DNA of 64,000 bases from contig DASTRG010000179.1 of the NCBI GenBank assembly GCA_035761325.1, forward strand, positions 10,879-74,878. Direction: 5' to 3'. Source of the stretch: Rhizomicrobium sp. Lineage in GTDB: Bacteria > Pseudomonadota > Alphaproteobacteria > Micropepsales > Micropepsaceae. The stretch's first letter is position 1; every line of letters begins with the position of its first letter. Below, one piece after another: positions 45,629 through 55,570 of the stretch. The notes under the pieces are model-generated. The model was not told the origin of the DNA, ran no database searches, and saw only the letters and a list, made by a program, of their open reading frames with translations. The translations under genes were made by a program, and so were the position numbers.

Positions 45629-47097
45629 GGAAAACCCCGCAAGACGACGGAATGAGCCATCAGCAGAATGACCAGCATCGATGCGCCGACGATCCATGAC
45701 ACCCAATCACGCGCGGAATACACGATGGGGTCGTCATGCATGTAGCCACGGGTGGTGGACAGCCACAGACGGCATTGCCAGAATAGCATAAGCGGAACGA
45801 TGCCCCAGAGCAGGCCAGGAGAGGCGTACTGCGCGGCCGCGCTTTCCCACTGGACAAACAGCGCTAGCACCAGGCTGGAGGCGAAGCTCGCGCAGCATCC
45901 AAAGGCCAGAAGGACCGATATGTCGCTTGCGCCATAGCCTCGGCGCGCGACTAAGCGGCTGTCGCTCGCCCGAGTTGAAGACAATTCGGCCACACGCTTG
46001 AGAAGTGCAAGTCCGAGAAACAGGAACCCCGAAAAGGCGAGGAGCCATAGCGACAATTCGTGACCGGTGGCGATGCCGCCGCCAAACAGACGGATCGTGT
46101 AAAGCGCGGCGAGCATAAACACATCGACGAGCGGTTGTTCCTTCAGGCTGAGGGAATAGGCCATGGACATCGCCGCGTAGGTCAGGATAACCGCAACGGT
46201 GCCGCTTGCCGCCGCCAGGGCAAGGCCCAGCGCGGCCAGGAGAAACGCGACCATGAGACCGCCGGACAAAGGCAATGCCCCGCTTGCGAAGGGACGCAAG
46301 CGCTTGCGCGGATGCCGACGGTCAGCTGCCAGGTCAGTTGCATCATTGAAGAGATATATCGAGGACGCGGTCGCGCAGAAGGCCAGGAACATCAGCGTGC
46401 CGTTCAACCAATCCCCCAGGTTGGAAACCGCATGGGCGGTAAAGATCGGAATGAATACCAGAAGGTTCTTCACCCACTGATGGGGCCGCATCGCGCTGAG
46501 CAGGGCGCGTAGTGGCAGGGAACGGCCGGGCATAGCCGCCTCCACGGGCGCAAGCCTCTGGGCGCGCGCCCCGATCCTGGGGGAGACATTTACCAGAATG
46601 GCCGATCCCGCTACCTTCCAGACCGCCAGATCGCTGTTGTCGTTTCCCGCATAGGCGAAGCCGCGCACGCCAAAGCGTGCGCAAAGCGCCGCGGCCTTGG
46701 CCGATCCTTTCAGATTGCGTGTTTCATCGGATGCAACGATTTCGTCGAACAGGCCCAGATGATCGGCCACGCCGGCGGCAATATTCCTGTTTGCAGCCGT
46801 CGCAAGCACCAGATAGCGCCCTCCCCGCCGTTCCTTTGCCAGATAGTCCAGCAGCGCCTCATTGTATGGGAGCAGGCCCGGATCGAAGGGAGCGCCAGCC
46901 GCAATCCTTTGCTTGAATGCGGCACGACCCCGGGACAGCAGGGTCACGAATGCCCGCACGAGGCTTCCGTTTCGAGGGTGCGAGGCAAGACCTTCCATAA
47001 GCGTGTCCGAATATGTCAGCGTGCCATCAAGGTCGACGCACAGCGGCAGGGCGCCGCCCGCGGTAATCGGCTCTGTCTTGGGGGCCGCCAGAGTCAT
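45625..47097 (-). CDS. HAD phosphatase-UbiA fusion: polyprenyl-phosphate 5-phosphoribosyltransferase (Rv3806c/NoeC-like)
   Basis: PLCVDLDGTL (HAD DxD), YAGNDNSD, MRPHQWVKNLLVF, YLFNDATDLAADRRHPRKRLRPFASG, RGYMHDDPI. Confidence 0.9.
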   Translation of the reverse strand: MTLAAPKTEPITAGGALPLCVDLDGTLTYSDTLMEGLASHPRNGSLVRAFVTLLSRGRAAFKQRIAAGAPFDPGLLPYNEALLDYLAKERRGGRYLVLATAANRNIAAGVADHLGLFDEIVASDETRNLKGSAKAAALCARFGVRGFAYAGNDNSDLAVWKVAGSAILVNVSPRIGARAQRLAPVEAAMPGRSLPLRALLSAMRPHQWVKNLLVFIPIFTAHAVSNLGDWLNGTLMFLAFCATASSIYLFNDATDLAADRRHPRKRLRPFASGALPLSGGLMVAFLLAALGLALAAASGTVAVILTYAAMSMAYSLSLKEQPLVDVFMLAALYTIRLFGGGIATGHELSLWLLAFSGFLFLGLALLKRVAELSSTRASDSRLVARRGYGASDISVLLAFGCCASFASSLVLALFVQWESAAAQYASPGLLWGIVPLMLFWQCRLWLSTTRGYMHDDPIVYSARDWVSWIVGASMLVILLMAHSVVLRGFP

Positions 47098-47178
47098 GGC
47101 GCTACCATCGGCGATGCACCGGCAGACTGAAACGGAACAGAGATGGACTTGCGCATGGTGCCCCGCCTGCACTTCGGC

Positions 47179-48540
47179 TCATCGCAGGGTCGCAAACCAG
47201 TGCAGGCGCCGGAATACCCATGAATGGGCATGGTTCTGACATGGTTTATCGGCGGCGGCCGATGACGCAACCGACATGCCGACCCACCAGGCGACCAATC
47301 CGAACCAAAGCAGCCCGCCAAACAGCAATAGTGAAACAGCGGCGTTCTTGTAGAATTCCCACATCCATGGCTCCGCAAAGTGCAGAAGACGTATCACCGG
47401 CGTTACCAGCATGATCGCCAGCCAACCACAAATGCGCGACAAGCGCGGAAGCTGATGCCGCCAACGCAGGAACAGCGCTGCAGGCAGCAGAAGCCAGCAA
47501 TAATAATGAGACCAGGACAGCGGGCTTGCGACGATCGCTAGGCAGATGATCAGACTGTATTGAAGCTCCAGCGCCGGCAGCGACGCCTGATGCCGGGCCG
47601 CCCGCCGCCATAGAGCCGCCGCAGCCAGCGCGAACAGCAGGCCGAAAAAAATATTCGCCAAAATCGCAAGATCGGGGGGCGGCTGACGCGCATTCCAGTC
47701 CTCTAGCAAGCTCGGCGCCAAGTCAAACCGGAGCATGAATGCGGGAACCGACTGGACATTATATGCGGCGAGCCACTGATGGCTGAACTGAATAATGCAG
47801 ACTTCAAACCAATGCCAGTTGTCGCTCCATCCAAAAACGCCGATAGACAGAGCGGCAATGCCTGCGCAGGCGGCAAAAAAACCAAAGCCTCCCCGAACGT
47901 CCCGCCGCAACAAAAAAAACAAGCCCAAAAGCAGCAATGGCGGCTTGATCATCGCAAAACAACCGAGCAGAACTCCGGCTGCCGTGGAGTACCCCGCTCG
48001 CAACAGCAACAATGATCCAGCAAGGGCGAGAAGCACAAATTGGCTCGTATTGCCGATTTTCAGGCTATAAAACAAAGGACCGTTGACAGCGAACAGCAAC
48101 AGCAACAACCAGCGATCCTTCGCTCCCAGGCCCGCAGCGCGGGCGAGCAAGAACCATGCAGCTACGGCCGCAAGCACCCCCAGAGCCAGAAAGAGGTATG
48201 TGGCCGTCAGTTCCGGCAGCAGTGCGAGAGGAAGGAACAAATAGGAGATGACAGGCATGTTTACAAAGCCGTTGACGCCGTTATCTGTCATCTCGCGCAG
48301 CTGCCGCGCACTCGCCATCGAGACTTTGCCCGCCGGGTAGTAGGCGTTATGAAAGTCCCAGAACGCGTAATAGGGATCGCTGATACGAAAACTGAGCAGT
48401 GCAAAAGCTGCGCAGCCAGCGATGAGGAGAAATGGGAGCCAACTGCTGCGCGGCATCCTGTCGGTATAGCAAATGAAGGCCACGGCGAATGGGATCGCCG
48501 CCAGATGAGCAAAGAAAGCTATCTGGGCCAGCATGCTCAC
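47179..48540 (-). CDS. GT87/DUF2029-type GT-C glycosyltransferase
   Basis: WDFHNAYY, FVNMP, GNTSQ, IKPP, SPLSWSHYY in a multi-TM protein. ATGA overlap with the upstream paralogue. Confidence 0.8.
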   Translation of the reverse strand: MSMLAQIAFFAHLAAIPFAVAFICYTDRMPRSSWLPFLLIAGCAAFALLSFRISDPYYAFWDFHNAYYPAGKVSMASARQLREMTDNGVNGFVNMPVISYLFLPLALLPELTATYLFLALGVLAAVAAWFLLARAAGLGAKDRWLLLLLFAVNGPLFYSLKIGNTSQFVLLALAGSLLLLRAGYSTAAGVLLGCFAMIKPPLLLLGLFFLLRRDVRGGFGFFAACAGIAALSIGVFGWSDNWHWFEVCIIQFSHQWLAAYNVQSVPAFMLRFDLAPSLLEDWNARQPPPDLAILANIFFGLLFALAAAALWRRAARHQASLPALELQYSLIICLAIVASPLSWSHYYCWLLLPAALFLRWRHQLPRLSRICGWLAIMLVTPVIRLLHFAEPWMWEFYKNAAVSLLLFGGLLWFGLVAWWVGMSVASSAAADKPCQNHAHSWVFRRLHWFATLR

Positions 48541-49919
48541 AGTTCCACCTCCATTTCCTTACACCGGGTTCGACCACCAGCCGAGAGAAATATTCCAAGC
48601 AAAATAAGTGCGCCCATGAAGCAATACGCCTGGGCTATCGCGAATGTACCGTGGGCCAAAAGGCTGGCAAACGGTATGAAATTGGCGACCGTGATCCACG
48701 ACACCGGGAGTGCGATGCAGATGGGATCTATCTTTGCCGCCTTGTCGCGCGTAAAGATCATCCGGAGCGCCACCAGGAAGAGCGGCATCAGAATGCCGTA
48801 ATGATGCTCCCATACCACCGGCGAGCCAACCACGGTGCATATCGCCGCCGCGGCGAGATCCGACAGACAGGGTATATCATCCCTGTGCAGCAGTGGGACT
48901 GCGCAGATCAATATCAGGGAGATTATGGACGCCACCATCGTGCCGGCGTAAACCACCGGATTGAAGGGCGTTAGCGACGTAGCATACCAACGAAGGCTAT
49001 CATTGGTAGAAAGATACCAGTTGAGAATACCATTCACGGAATTGTTTGCGTAGAAACTCTCGCCATGGCGCGACAGAAACGACAGGACGTTCAGATAGGC
49101 CAGATTGTTGTGGATCCCGTAATGGTACAGCGACACCAGCAGAATTGGCACGCATATGCCCAAGATACCGCCAGCGAACTTCCATTGGCGCCACAAAACA
49201 GCCCAAAGCAGCAGAATACCTATTTGCGGCTTGATCGTGCAGGCAACGCCGATCAGCAACCCCGCGACGAAGCGCCTGCCGAGAAGCCACGCGAGGAGCG
49301 CGAGCGTGAACAGCAGATCGATCCACAACTGGATTTGCCCCAGGATATAGGCGCGCATCAAAGGATAAAAAGCAAAAGACGCGGCGAATGCCATCGCGGC
49401 TACGGCAGGTGCCGGCGGCGCATCGCGACCCACACCTGTTCCGCGACGAAACAGCAACCACCCCAACGCTGAAATCGCGCCCGCGTTCAGCACAAATACC
49501 AGCGTATTGATCCTATTGAGGGCGCCCACACTCGACAGACCCAGGGCGGAAAGAAATTCCAACGGTAACAGACTGGAGGGCGGGTACTGGAAGCGCACAT
49601 GCTCTTTCATGAAGAGCGCTTCGTAGAGCTGGCCGTTATCGGGCCCCCGCATTACCGCCAACGCGTGCCGCATCGGCAACCATGAGTCCTCGTTACTCGT
49701 CGGGTGAACCAGGAAGGACAGGATCTTCCGGATCGCGCTAAAATTTGTGAGGTCGATAGGTATAATGTCGTGAGTCGGGAAAAGGCCGCTCAGTAAATCA
49801 ACGTAGTGTCGGCCAAGCAGGCTTATCAGCACGATTGGCAGGAACGCCCACAGCCCGACGTATATCATCGAGCGATTGAGGAGATGCGTCCTGGGGGCAC
49901 CGACGGAGGTTAACCTCAT
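48537..49919 (-). CDS. GT87/DUF2029-type GT-C glycosyltransferase
   Basis: EDSWLPM, FQYPPSSLL, LGQIQ, IKPQ, NNSVNG, SPVVWEHHY. Confidence 0.82.
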   Translation of the reverse strand: MRLTSVGAPRTHLLNRSMIYVGLWAFLPIVLISLLGRHYVDLLSGLFPTHDIIPIDLTNFSAIRKILSFLVHPTSNEDSWLPMRHALAVMRGPDNGQLYEALFMKEHVRFQYPPSSLLPLEFLSALGLSSVGALNRINTLVFVLNAGAISALGWLLFRRGTGVGRDAPPAPAVAAMAFAASFAFYPLMRAYILGQIQLWIDLLFTLALLAWLLGRRFVAGLLIGVACTIKPQIGILLLWAVLWRQWKFAGGILGICVPILLVSLYHYGIHNNLAYLNVLSFLSRHGESFYANNSVNGILNWYLSTNDSLRWYATSLTPFNPVVYAGTMVASIISLILICAVPLLHRDDIPCLSDLAAAAICTVVGSPVVWEHHYGILMPLFLVALRMIFTRDKAAKIDPICIALPVSWITVANFIPFASLLAHGTFAIAQAYCFMGALILLGIFLSAGGRTRCKEMEVEL

Positions 49920-51112
49920 CCGGTCCTCAGGGATCCATGTTCAGCCGAAAGCGGCGTCGCGTTCCATTCCGGACCAGCCGCTTGTGTATCGGTTGGGAAG
50001 TAGCGCTTGAGTCTCAGGAAGCGCTTCTCCCAAAATTGATAGCTGGCCCACGCGATCACAAGATCCAGCGCGAAAACACCAAGTGCGATGATGGTAACGA
50101 GGCCAGCGCCGGCACCACGTGGCACGATCGAGACGGCAGAATGAAACAACAGCATTCCGGTGATCGGGTGCCAAACATAAAGACCGTAACTATACCTGCC
50201 GAACCATCGTAGTATCCGCGCGGAGAAAACTATTGCGACCATCCCGCCCGCGCAACACAGAACCAGCAGCGCTGCCGTCGCAACCGAAATCGCCGGGTAG
50301 GACACCATCCAGTTGAGAGGGTCTGATTGGTCGGCGGTACCACGCCCCCAGAACATCGCAATCAGGGCCGCCATCGCGGCCGTGAAAACAAATACGGCGC
50401 CGCCGCGCAGCCGGCGCGGGTCGTGGACCCGTATCAATATCGCCGCCAGTGCGCCGAGTGCCAAGCCATCGAGGCGCAATGGTGTCAAGCCGAATACAAA
50501 GCCGGTGTTCAAGCCATGGCGAAGGACCAGCAAACGCCCGACGATGGAAGCGCAGATGGCCATGGCTGAAACAACCCCCAACAAGCGCCGTGACAGAAGC
50601 CAGACCAGCAGCGGCCACAGAAGATAGAAATACTCTTCCACCCCAAGTGACCAGTAATGCGTCAATACGCCGGAAGCGTCTGAACCGTGGATTGCCACGG
50701 CTGCATTTTGAAGGAAGAGGAGAGTCCAAAAATAGCTACCCGGCGAGAATATTCCCGTTTGGATTCCCCATATACCCGCGGACGGCAGGATCGCCCGCAA
50801 GATCATCACCACGAACAGCGCCCCATAATAGAGCGGGAATATCCTAAGAACGCGCCTGGCATAGAACGCCTTGAAATAACCCGGCGAAGCCTTGGTATCG
50901 AGCAGAATCCCGGTGATCAGGAACCCTGAGAGAGTGAAAAAAACATCCACGCCTCCCCATCCGAAATCCCACGGGCTCAAGAGCGGGCTTTTGACGCCCA
51001 GAAATTCCATGCTGCTGGCGAAATGGTAGATCACCACCAGCAGTATCGCGACCCCCCGAATACCGTCCAGCGCCGGAACATGGGCGGACTCGCCTGGCGC
51101 TCCAGCCTGCAT
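49916..51112 (-). CDS. Acyltransferase 3 (OafA-like O-acetyltransferase)
   Basis: ALDGIRGVAILLVVIYH, GVDVFFTLSGFLIT, RRVLRIFPLYY, HYWSLGVEEYFY, SYGLYVWH. Start uncertain (51112 or 51202). Confidence 0.92.
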   Translation of the reverse strand: MQAGAPGESAHVPALDGIRGVAILLVVIYHFASSMEFLGVKSPLLSPWDFGWGGVDVFFTLSGFLITGILLDTKASPGYFKAFYARRVLRIFPLYYGALFVVMILRAILPSAGIWGIQTGIFSPGSYFWTLLFLQNAAVAIHGSDASGVLTHYWSLGVEEYFYLLWPLLVWLLSRRLLGVVSAMAICASIVGRLLVLRHGLNTGFVFGLTPLRLDGLALGALAAILIRVHDPRRLRGGAVFVFTAAMAALIAMFWGRGTADQSDPLNWMVSYPAISVATAALLVLCCAGGMVAIVFSARILRWFGRYSYGLYVWHPITGMLLFHSAVSIVPRGAGAGLVTIIALGVFALDLVIAWASYQFWEKRFLRLKRYFPTDTQAAGPEWNATPLSAEHGSLRTG

Positions 51113-51185
51113 GGGCTCTTCTTTCGGGTGTGCCGCGCCGGCCACGTTAGCAAGCGGCCAGCGCAGATTATTCGCGGCAGTGAAT

Positions 51186-52445
51186 TCACGCCATCTCGAC
51201 ATTCGGCAACGCTCGATTCTTCACATGCCAGCGGCAAGGGGCGACGCACACACCTGCGGAATGTGCGCCCCAGCCATCGCCGAAAGTGTCGTTGTTGTAG
51301 ATGCTGAAGGTGATATTTCCGTCCACCAGGTCGACATAACCCGCACTCTTCCACAGGCCGAAATTGAGAACATATTCCCCCGGCATCAGTGGAATGGAGT
51401 CGACCTCGCAAGTCAGTTCACACCAACCCTGCAGACTAGGGCTCGCTTTGGGCGTTTTGAGAGTGAGCATGCAATGCCCAAAGCTGTCATCGATCCATAC
51501 CGTGAATACTGCCCCATGCATCGCCTGCGGCAATTCCAGAGTCGCCTTCACTTTTATCTTGCCGCCCATCGGCACGCGGCGAGTCGACCGCCCGCTTTCA
51601 TCTATCAGGTCGGCGCTGCGTACATGTTCATAGCGTGTCCCGTAGTCGACCGGAGCGGCCTGGACCATGGTCTCCGGAACATGATCAGGCCGTATCATCC
51701 GCTGGTATTCACCAATCGTCTCTTTCAGTGAGCCGGCATGCAGCAGCCGTCCCTTATCGAGCAGTATGCCGTGGGTGCACAGCGACTCCAGCGTCGCCAT
51801 GTTGTGTCCCACGAACACCACGGTCCGTCCTTCATCAGCAACGTCGCTAAGCCGCCCGAGGCACTTGTTCTGGAACTCGGCGTCGCCAACCGACAGAACC
51901 TCGTCAACGAACAGGATATCGGTGTCGAGATGGGCCGCAACCGCGAACGCAAGGCGGACATACATGCCGCTGCTATAACGCTTGACGGGGGTGTCGAGAT
52001 ATTTCTCCACGCCCGAAAAATCAACGATCTGATCGAACCGTCGGGCGATTTCGGTCTTGCGCATTCCCAATATTGCGCCATTCAGAAAGATGTTCTCGCG
52101 ACCGGTCAGTTCCGGCTGAAAGCCGGTTCCCACCTCTATCAGGCTACCCACGCGACCGGCGATCCGGGCCTCGCCACGGGTAGGTTCGGTGATGCGACTC
52201 AGAACCTTCAGCAGGGTGCTCTTTCCCGCGCCGTTGCGTCCGATGACGCCGACAATCTCACCCTTGCGAATATCGAAATCGACATCCTGCAGAGACCACA
52301 CTTCCTCTCGCGCCGGCGGGCGAAAAGGATTGGCTAGAAAGCGGAACAGCGCCTCGGCTGCGGTACTGGCCTCGCGCGCCTTATGCTCGATGATATAGGA
52401 CTTCGAGAGTCCTCGTACTGAAACAACCGTATCCCTAGATGACAT
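51186..52445 (-). CDS. wzt: Polysaccharide ABC exporter ATPase with C-terminal carbohydrate-binding domain
   Basis: GRNGAGKST, ELTGRENI, YSSGMYVRLAF, VDEVLSVGDAEFQ, plus a C-terminal Ig-like extension (LMPGEY). Start 52445. Confidence 0.93.
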   Translation of the reverse strand: MSSRDTVVSVRGLSKSYIIEHKAREASTAAEALFRFLANPFRPPAREEVWSLQDVDFDIRKGEIVGVIGRNGAGKSTLLKVLSRITEPTRGEARIAGRVGSLIEVGTGFQPELTGRENIFLNGAILGMRKTEIARRFDQIVDFSGVEKYLDTPVKRYSSGMYVRLAFAVAAHLDTDILFVDEVLSVGDAEFQNKCLGRLSDVADEGRTVVFVGHNMATLESLCTHGILLDKGRLLHAGSLKETIGEYQRMIRPDHVPETMVQAAPVDYGTRYEHVRSADLIDESGRSTRRVPMGGKIKVKATLELPQAMHGAVFTVWIDDSFGHCMLTLKTPKASPSLQGWCELTCEVDSIPLMPGEYVLNFGLWKSAGYVDLVDGNITFSIYNNDTFGDGWGAHSAGVCVAPCRWHVKNRALPNVEMA

Positions 52446-53286
52446 CGGCGAACTTCCGCTCTGTATTTCTGAATATGACGAGGCCCAGAAGCATGGCGAA
52501 GACTGTGGCCACGATGGAATAGGCCAGCGAGCCAAGATCGAGCTGGCCAACACCGGTCAACGACCAGCGCAGCGTTTCTATGGGCGCGACCAGCGGATTG
52601 AGATCGTAATAAGGACGGATATAGGCCGGCACAGCGGCGGCCGAATAGCCGACGGGACAGGCATACATCATGAGCTGCACAAAAAGAGGCACGATATACT
52701 GGATGTCGCGATATCTGACCGCCAGGCTGGCGGCGACAATGCCCAGCCCCAACGCCATGCCCAGCAGGATCAGGGTCGCCACAGGAAACATCAACAGGCC
52801 CCAGCCCGGCACGATGTGATAATAGATCATCAAGCCCGTCATGAAGATGCCGCCGATGGCGAAGTCCAGCAGCAGGCAGGGCACGATGCCCAGCGGCATC
52901 AGCAGGCGCGGAAAATAGACCTTCCGGATCAGTTCGGCACTTGCCACCAGACAGATGCTGGCGCGGCTCAGGCCTGTACTGAACAGGGTCCATCCCAGCA
53001 GGCCCGAATAGGCCACCACCAGATAGGGAACACCCTGGGTCGGCATTTTCGCGATCATGCCGAACACGATGGTAAATATCGCCGCGCCCAGAAGCGGCTG
53101 AAGGACAACCCAGGTCACGCCCAGGAAGGTCTGCCGATAACGCAGCCTGACATCGCGCCAGCCGAACGCCATCAGAAGGTCGCGGAATTTCCACAGCAGT
53201 GGCAAGTCGATCGCCAGCCAGCCCTTGCGCGGCCGGATAATGACGACGTCGGGACCGTCAATTAAAGTATCGCCGTTTACCATCAT
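52435..53286 (-). CDS. wzm: Polysaccharide ABC exporter permease
   Basis: RDVRLRYRQTFLGVTWVVLQP, KVYFPR, RYRDIQ, LNPL, FADVI. Confidence 0.93.
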   Translation of the reverse strand: MMVNGDTLIDGPDVVIIRPRKGWLAIDLPLLWKFRDLLMAFGWRDVRLRYRQTFLGVTWVVLQPLLGAAIFTIVFGMIAKMPTQGVPYLVVAYSGLLGWTLFSTGLSRASICLVASAELIRKVYFPRLLMPLGIVPCLLLDFAIGGIFMTGLMIYYHIVPGWGLLMFPVATLILLGMALGLGIVAASLAVRYRDIQYIVPLFVQLMMYACPVGYSAAAVPAYIRPYYDLNPLVAPIETLRWSLTGVGQLDLGSLAYSIVATVFAMLLGLVIFRNTERKFADVI

Positions 53287-54257
53287 GCAGGATTCCTTTG
53301 AAATTGCTGCCGCACCGCCCTGATGGTGGCGCGCGGCATTCGCAGCAGCGCAAGCGGCCGTTTTCCGACATAAGTCGTTGCAAGCCAGACCGCCCCGAAT
53401 TTGAGCCGGCGGACACAGGCGAACAGCGCCTGCCAGAATGTCAGGTCCAGATCGCGGCAGCGGTCCTCAATCAGAGCCGCTGCCACCGGATCGCTTGAAA
53501 ACATCTGCCGGAACGCGCGCTGAGCCTGCATTTCGTCCAGTGCGGTGCGCAAGCTGCGCTCGTCGCCCCAGCTGCGGTGGTTGAAGACGCTGACACCCCG
53601 GCCGTAGACGGCCTCACAATGGGTGCTGCAGGCCACGCGCGGGCCGGTTTCCAGCACACTGAGCCAGAAAAGCGAATCCTCGCCGGCGGTACGCAGATCG
53701 GTCCGCAGACGGCGCAGGCCGATCAGATCCCGGGAGATCGCCACGGTCGAGGTTCCCACCGGCGAGCGCCGCACGATCGTCTGCATCAGCGAACGCGGAT
53801 TGCACCATACGATATCCGGACTCCCGGCGGCGATCGCCCGGCCATCGGGCTGGAAGCCGCACTCGGCGAAGCGGGTCAGCGGATCCTCCTGGCGCCAGTG
53901 GTCGGCAAAATAGAGGGCGGCACCCGCCTTGCGCGCGGCGTCGACATTGGCCAGGTGGGTAGCGTCCCAGACATCGTCGGAATCCAGGAACGCGACCATA
54001 TCGGCCCCGGGCGGGAGCGCGTCCAGCGCCAGATTGCGTGCCGCAGCAGGCCCGGCATTGGACTGACGCAAAATTCGCACCTGCGCGATAAGGCTGGATG
54101 GCAGGCCGTCAAGTTCGGTTTCCGCTGGGACCGGCGAGCCGTCGTCCGTCACCAGAACCCGCAGTTCGCCTGTCCATCGCTGCTGAGCGATCGAGGACAA
54201 TGCGCGATGCAGAAGCCCAGGCTGACGCTGATAGAAGGGAACAATCACCGCGATCAT
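53283..54257 (-). CDS. Glycosyltransferase family 2
   Basis: VIVPFYQ, VTDDGS, NAGPAAARN, FLDSDD, GEDSLFW. Confidence 0.9.
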   Translation of the reverse strand: MIAVIVPFYQRQPGLLHRALSSIAQQRWTGELRVLVTDDGSPVPAETELDGLPSSLIAQVRILRQSNAGPAAARNLALDALPPGADMVAFLDSDDVWDATHLANVDAARKAGAALYFADHWRQEDPLTRFAECGFQPDGRAIAAGSPDIVWCNPRSLMQTIVRRSPVGTSTVAISRDLIGLRRLRTDLRTAGEDSLFWLSVLETGPRVACSTHCEAVYGRGVSVFNHRSWGDERSLRTALDEMQAQRAFRQMFSSDPVAAALIEDRCRDLDLTFWQALFACVRRLKFGAVWLATTYVGKRPLALLRMPRATIRAVRQQFQRNPA

Positions 54258-55402
54258 GCCGCCACCGCATCGACTGGATGACCATAGATCGCCAGATAGC
54301 GCGCCGCGACCTCGTCGATGTCATAATGTTCGGCGACAACGGCCCGGCCGCGCTCACCCATCGTGCGGCGCAGCGCGGCATCCGATGCCAGTGCCCTGGC
54401 CCCGGCCTGAAAACTTCCGGCATCGTCAAACAGGAATCCGGAAGCACCCTCTTCGACGAAGGCATCATTTACCCCCGGCAGACGGCGCACCAGGACCGGG
54501 AGGCCCCGCGCCATGGCTTCAATTACCACAGTGCCGAAGCCTTCTTCACGGGAAGCGAACACCATGGCATCTGCGGCGTTGTAATAGTCCCAGGGATTTT
54601 CCTGATAGCCTGCGAACATCACATGCGATCCAAGCCGGCCACGGGTTATCTCCGCCTCCAGCCGCGCGCGATACTCCGGTTCAAGCACCGGACCGACCAA
54701 CATCAGCACGAGCCCTGGATGACGCGGCACCAGAGAAGTCATTTGTTCGATCAGGAATAGCTGGTCCTTGCGCGCGCATATTCCTCCCACACTCACGAAT
54801 ACGGTCGCGCTTTGCGGGATCCGGAGCTTGCGTCGCGCTGCGGCGCGCGTTTCCCGCGAGGGCGCGGGCGGGATTGTGATTCCGATCGGCACCAGCACCG
54901 ACTTGGCACGCGGCGCCACCTGGTTGTTTTCCACGAAAAGCCGGGGGCTGATGGCCACGAATATGCTGATCACCCCGCTCAGCACCCGCACCAGCGGACG
55001 AAAGAGCGGCCGGTAGGTGCTCACAAGGCCGGGGATGCTGTCGTCCAATGTCGCAGAAAGAACCACACGTCGCCTGAAAATGCGCAGCAACGCGCTTGCC
55101 GCAAAGCTGCGGTCGACATGCGTATGGTAATGCACGGTGGAAAACCGGGCTGCGTGGCAGGCCAGCCAGCTTACCAGCTTCGTCTGACCGGCCGGGCCGC
55201 CTTCACCGAGGAAGTGCACGGCTGCCAGTCCCGGCGGTGGTACGAAATCTTGGGGGCGCCCGGTCGTCGTCACGGCAACCTCGTGAACGACATCTGGCCT
55301 CAAGCGCTGGAAAACAGGCGCGAGGCGCTCGAGGAAAATTCCTTCGCCAGTGAAGTCCGGCCGGAAATACTTGAATACATGCAATACGCGATCCGGGTTC
55401 AC
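54254..55402 (-). CDS. Glycosyltransferase family 4
   Basis: GTG start, SVGGICARKDQ, EEGFGTVVIEAMA (EX7E). Confidence 0.9.
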   Translation of the reverse strand: MNPDRVLHVFKYFRPDFTGEGIFLERLAPVFQRLRPDVVHEVAVTTTGRPQDFVPPPGLAAVHFLGEGGPAGQTKLVSWLACHAARFSTVHYHTHVDRSFAASALLRIFRRRVVLSATLDDSIPGLVSTYRPLFRPLVRVLSGVISIFVAISPRLFVENNQVAPRAKSVLVPIGITIPPAPSRETRAAARRKLRIPQSATVFVSVGGICARKDQLFLIEQMTSLVPRHPGLVLMLVGPVLEPEYRARLEAEITRGRLGSHVMFAGYQENPWDYYNAADAMVFASREEGFGTVVIEAMARGLPVLVRRLPGVNDAFVEEGASGFLFDDAGSFQAGARALASDAALRRTMGERGRAVVAEHYDIDEVAARYLAIYGHPVDAVAA

Positions 55403-55563
55403 GGCATCCTCCGCGAGACCAGTCGTTGATGCAATTCGGTCAAATGCGCGGCCAACTCCACGATCAACTCGTGCGGCGGCATGCGTTGCGCCATCAGCGA
55501 ACGCAATGTCTCCTCAAGCAGTCCGGCACGGTTGTAAGCCGGCACGATGGCGCTGACACGCAT
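55399..55563 (-). pseudogene. Internally deleted GT2 remnant (54 codons)
   Basis: MRVSAIVPAYNRAGLLEETLRSLMAQRMPPHELIV matches a GT2 N-terminus (compare 28005 RVSAIIPSYNRADFLGETIACLIAQ) but stops before DDGS. Its TGA overlaps the GTG of the next gene. Confidence 0.75.
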
Positions 55564-55570
55564 TCCGGAA

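Noticed and set aside
44975-47919. T8 runs on the coding strand of two GT-C genes (44975-44982, 47912-47919) as phase-variation tracts
   Set aside because: The runs are short, both genes are in frame, and Phe/Leu-rich TM coding explains them.
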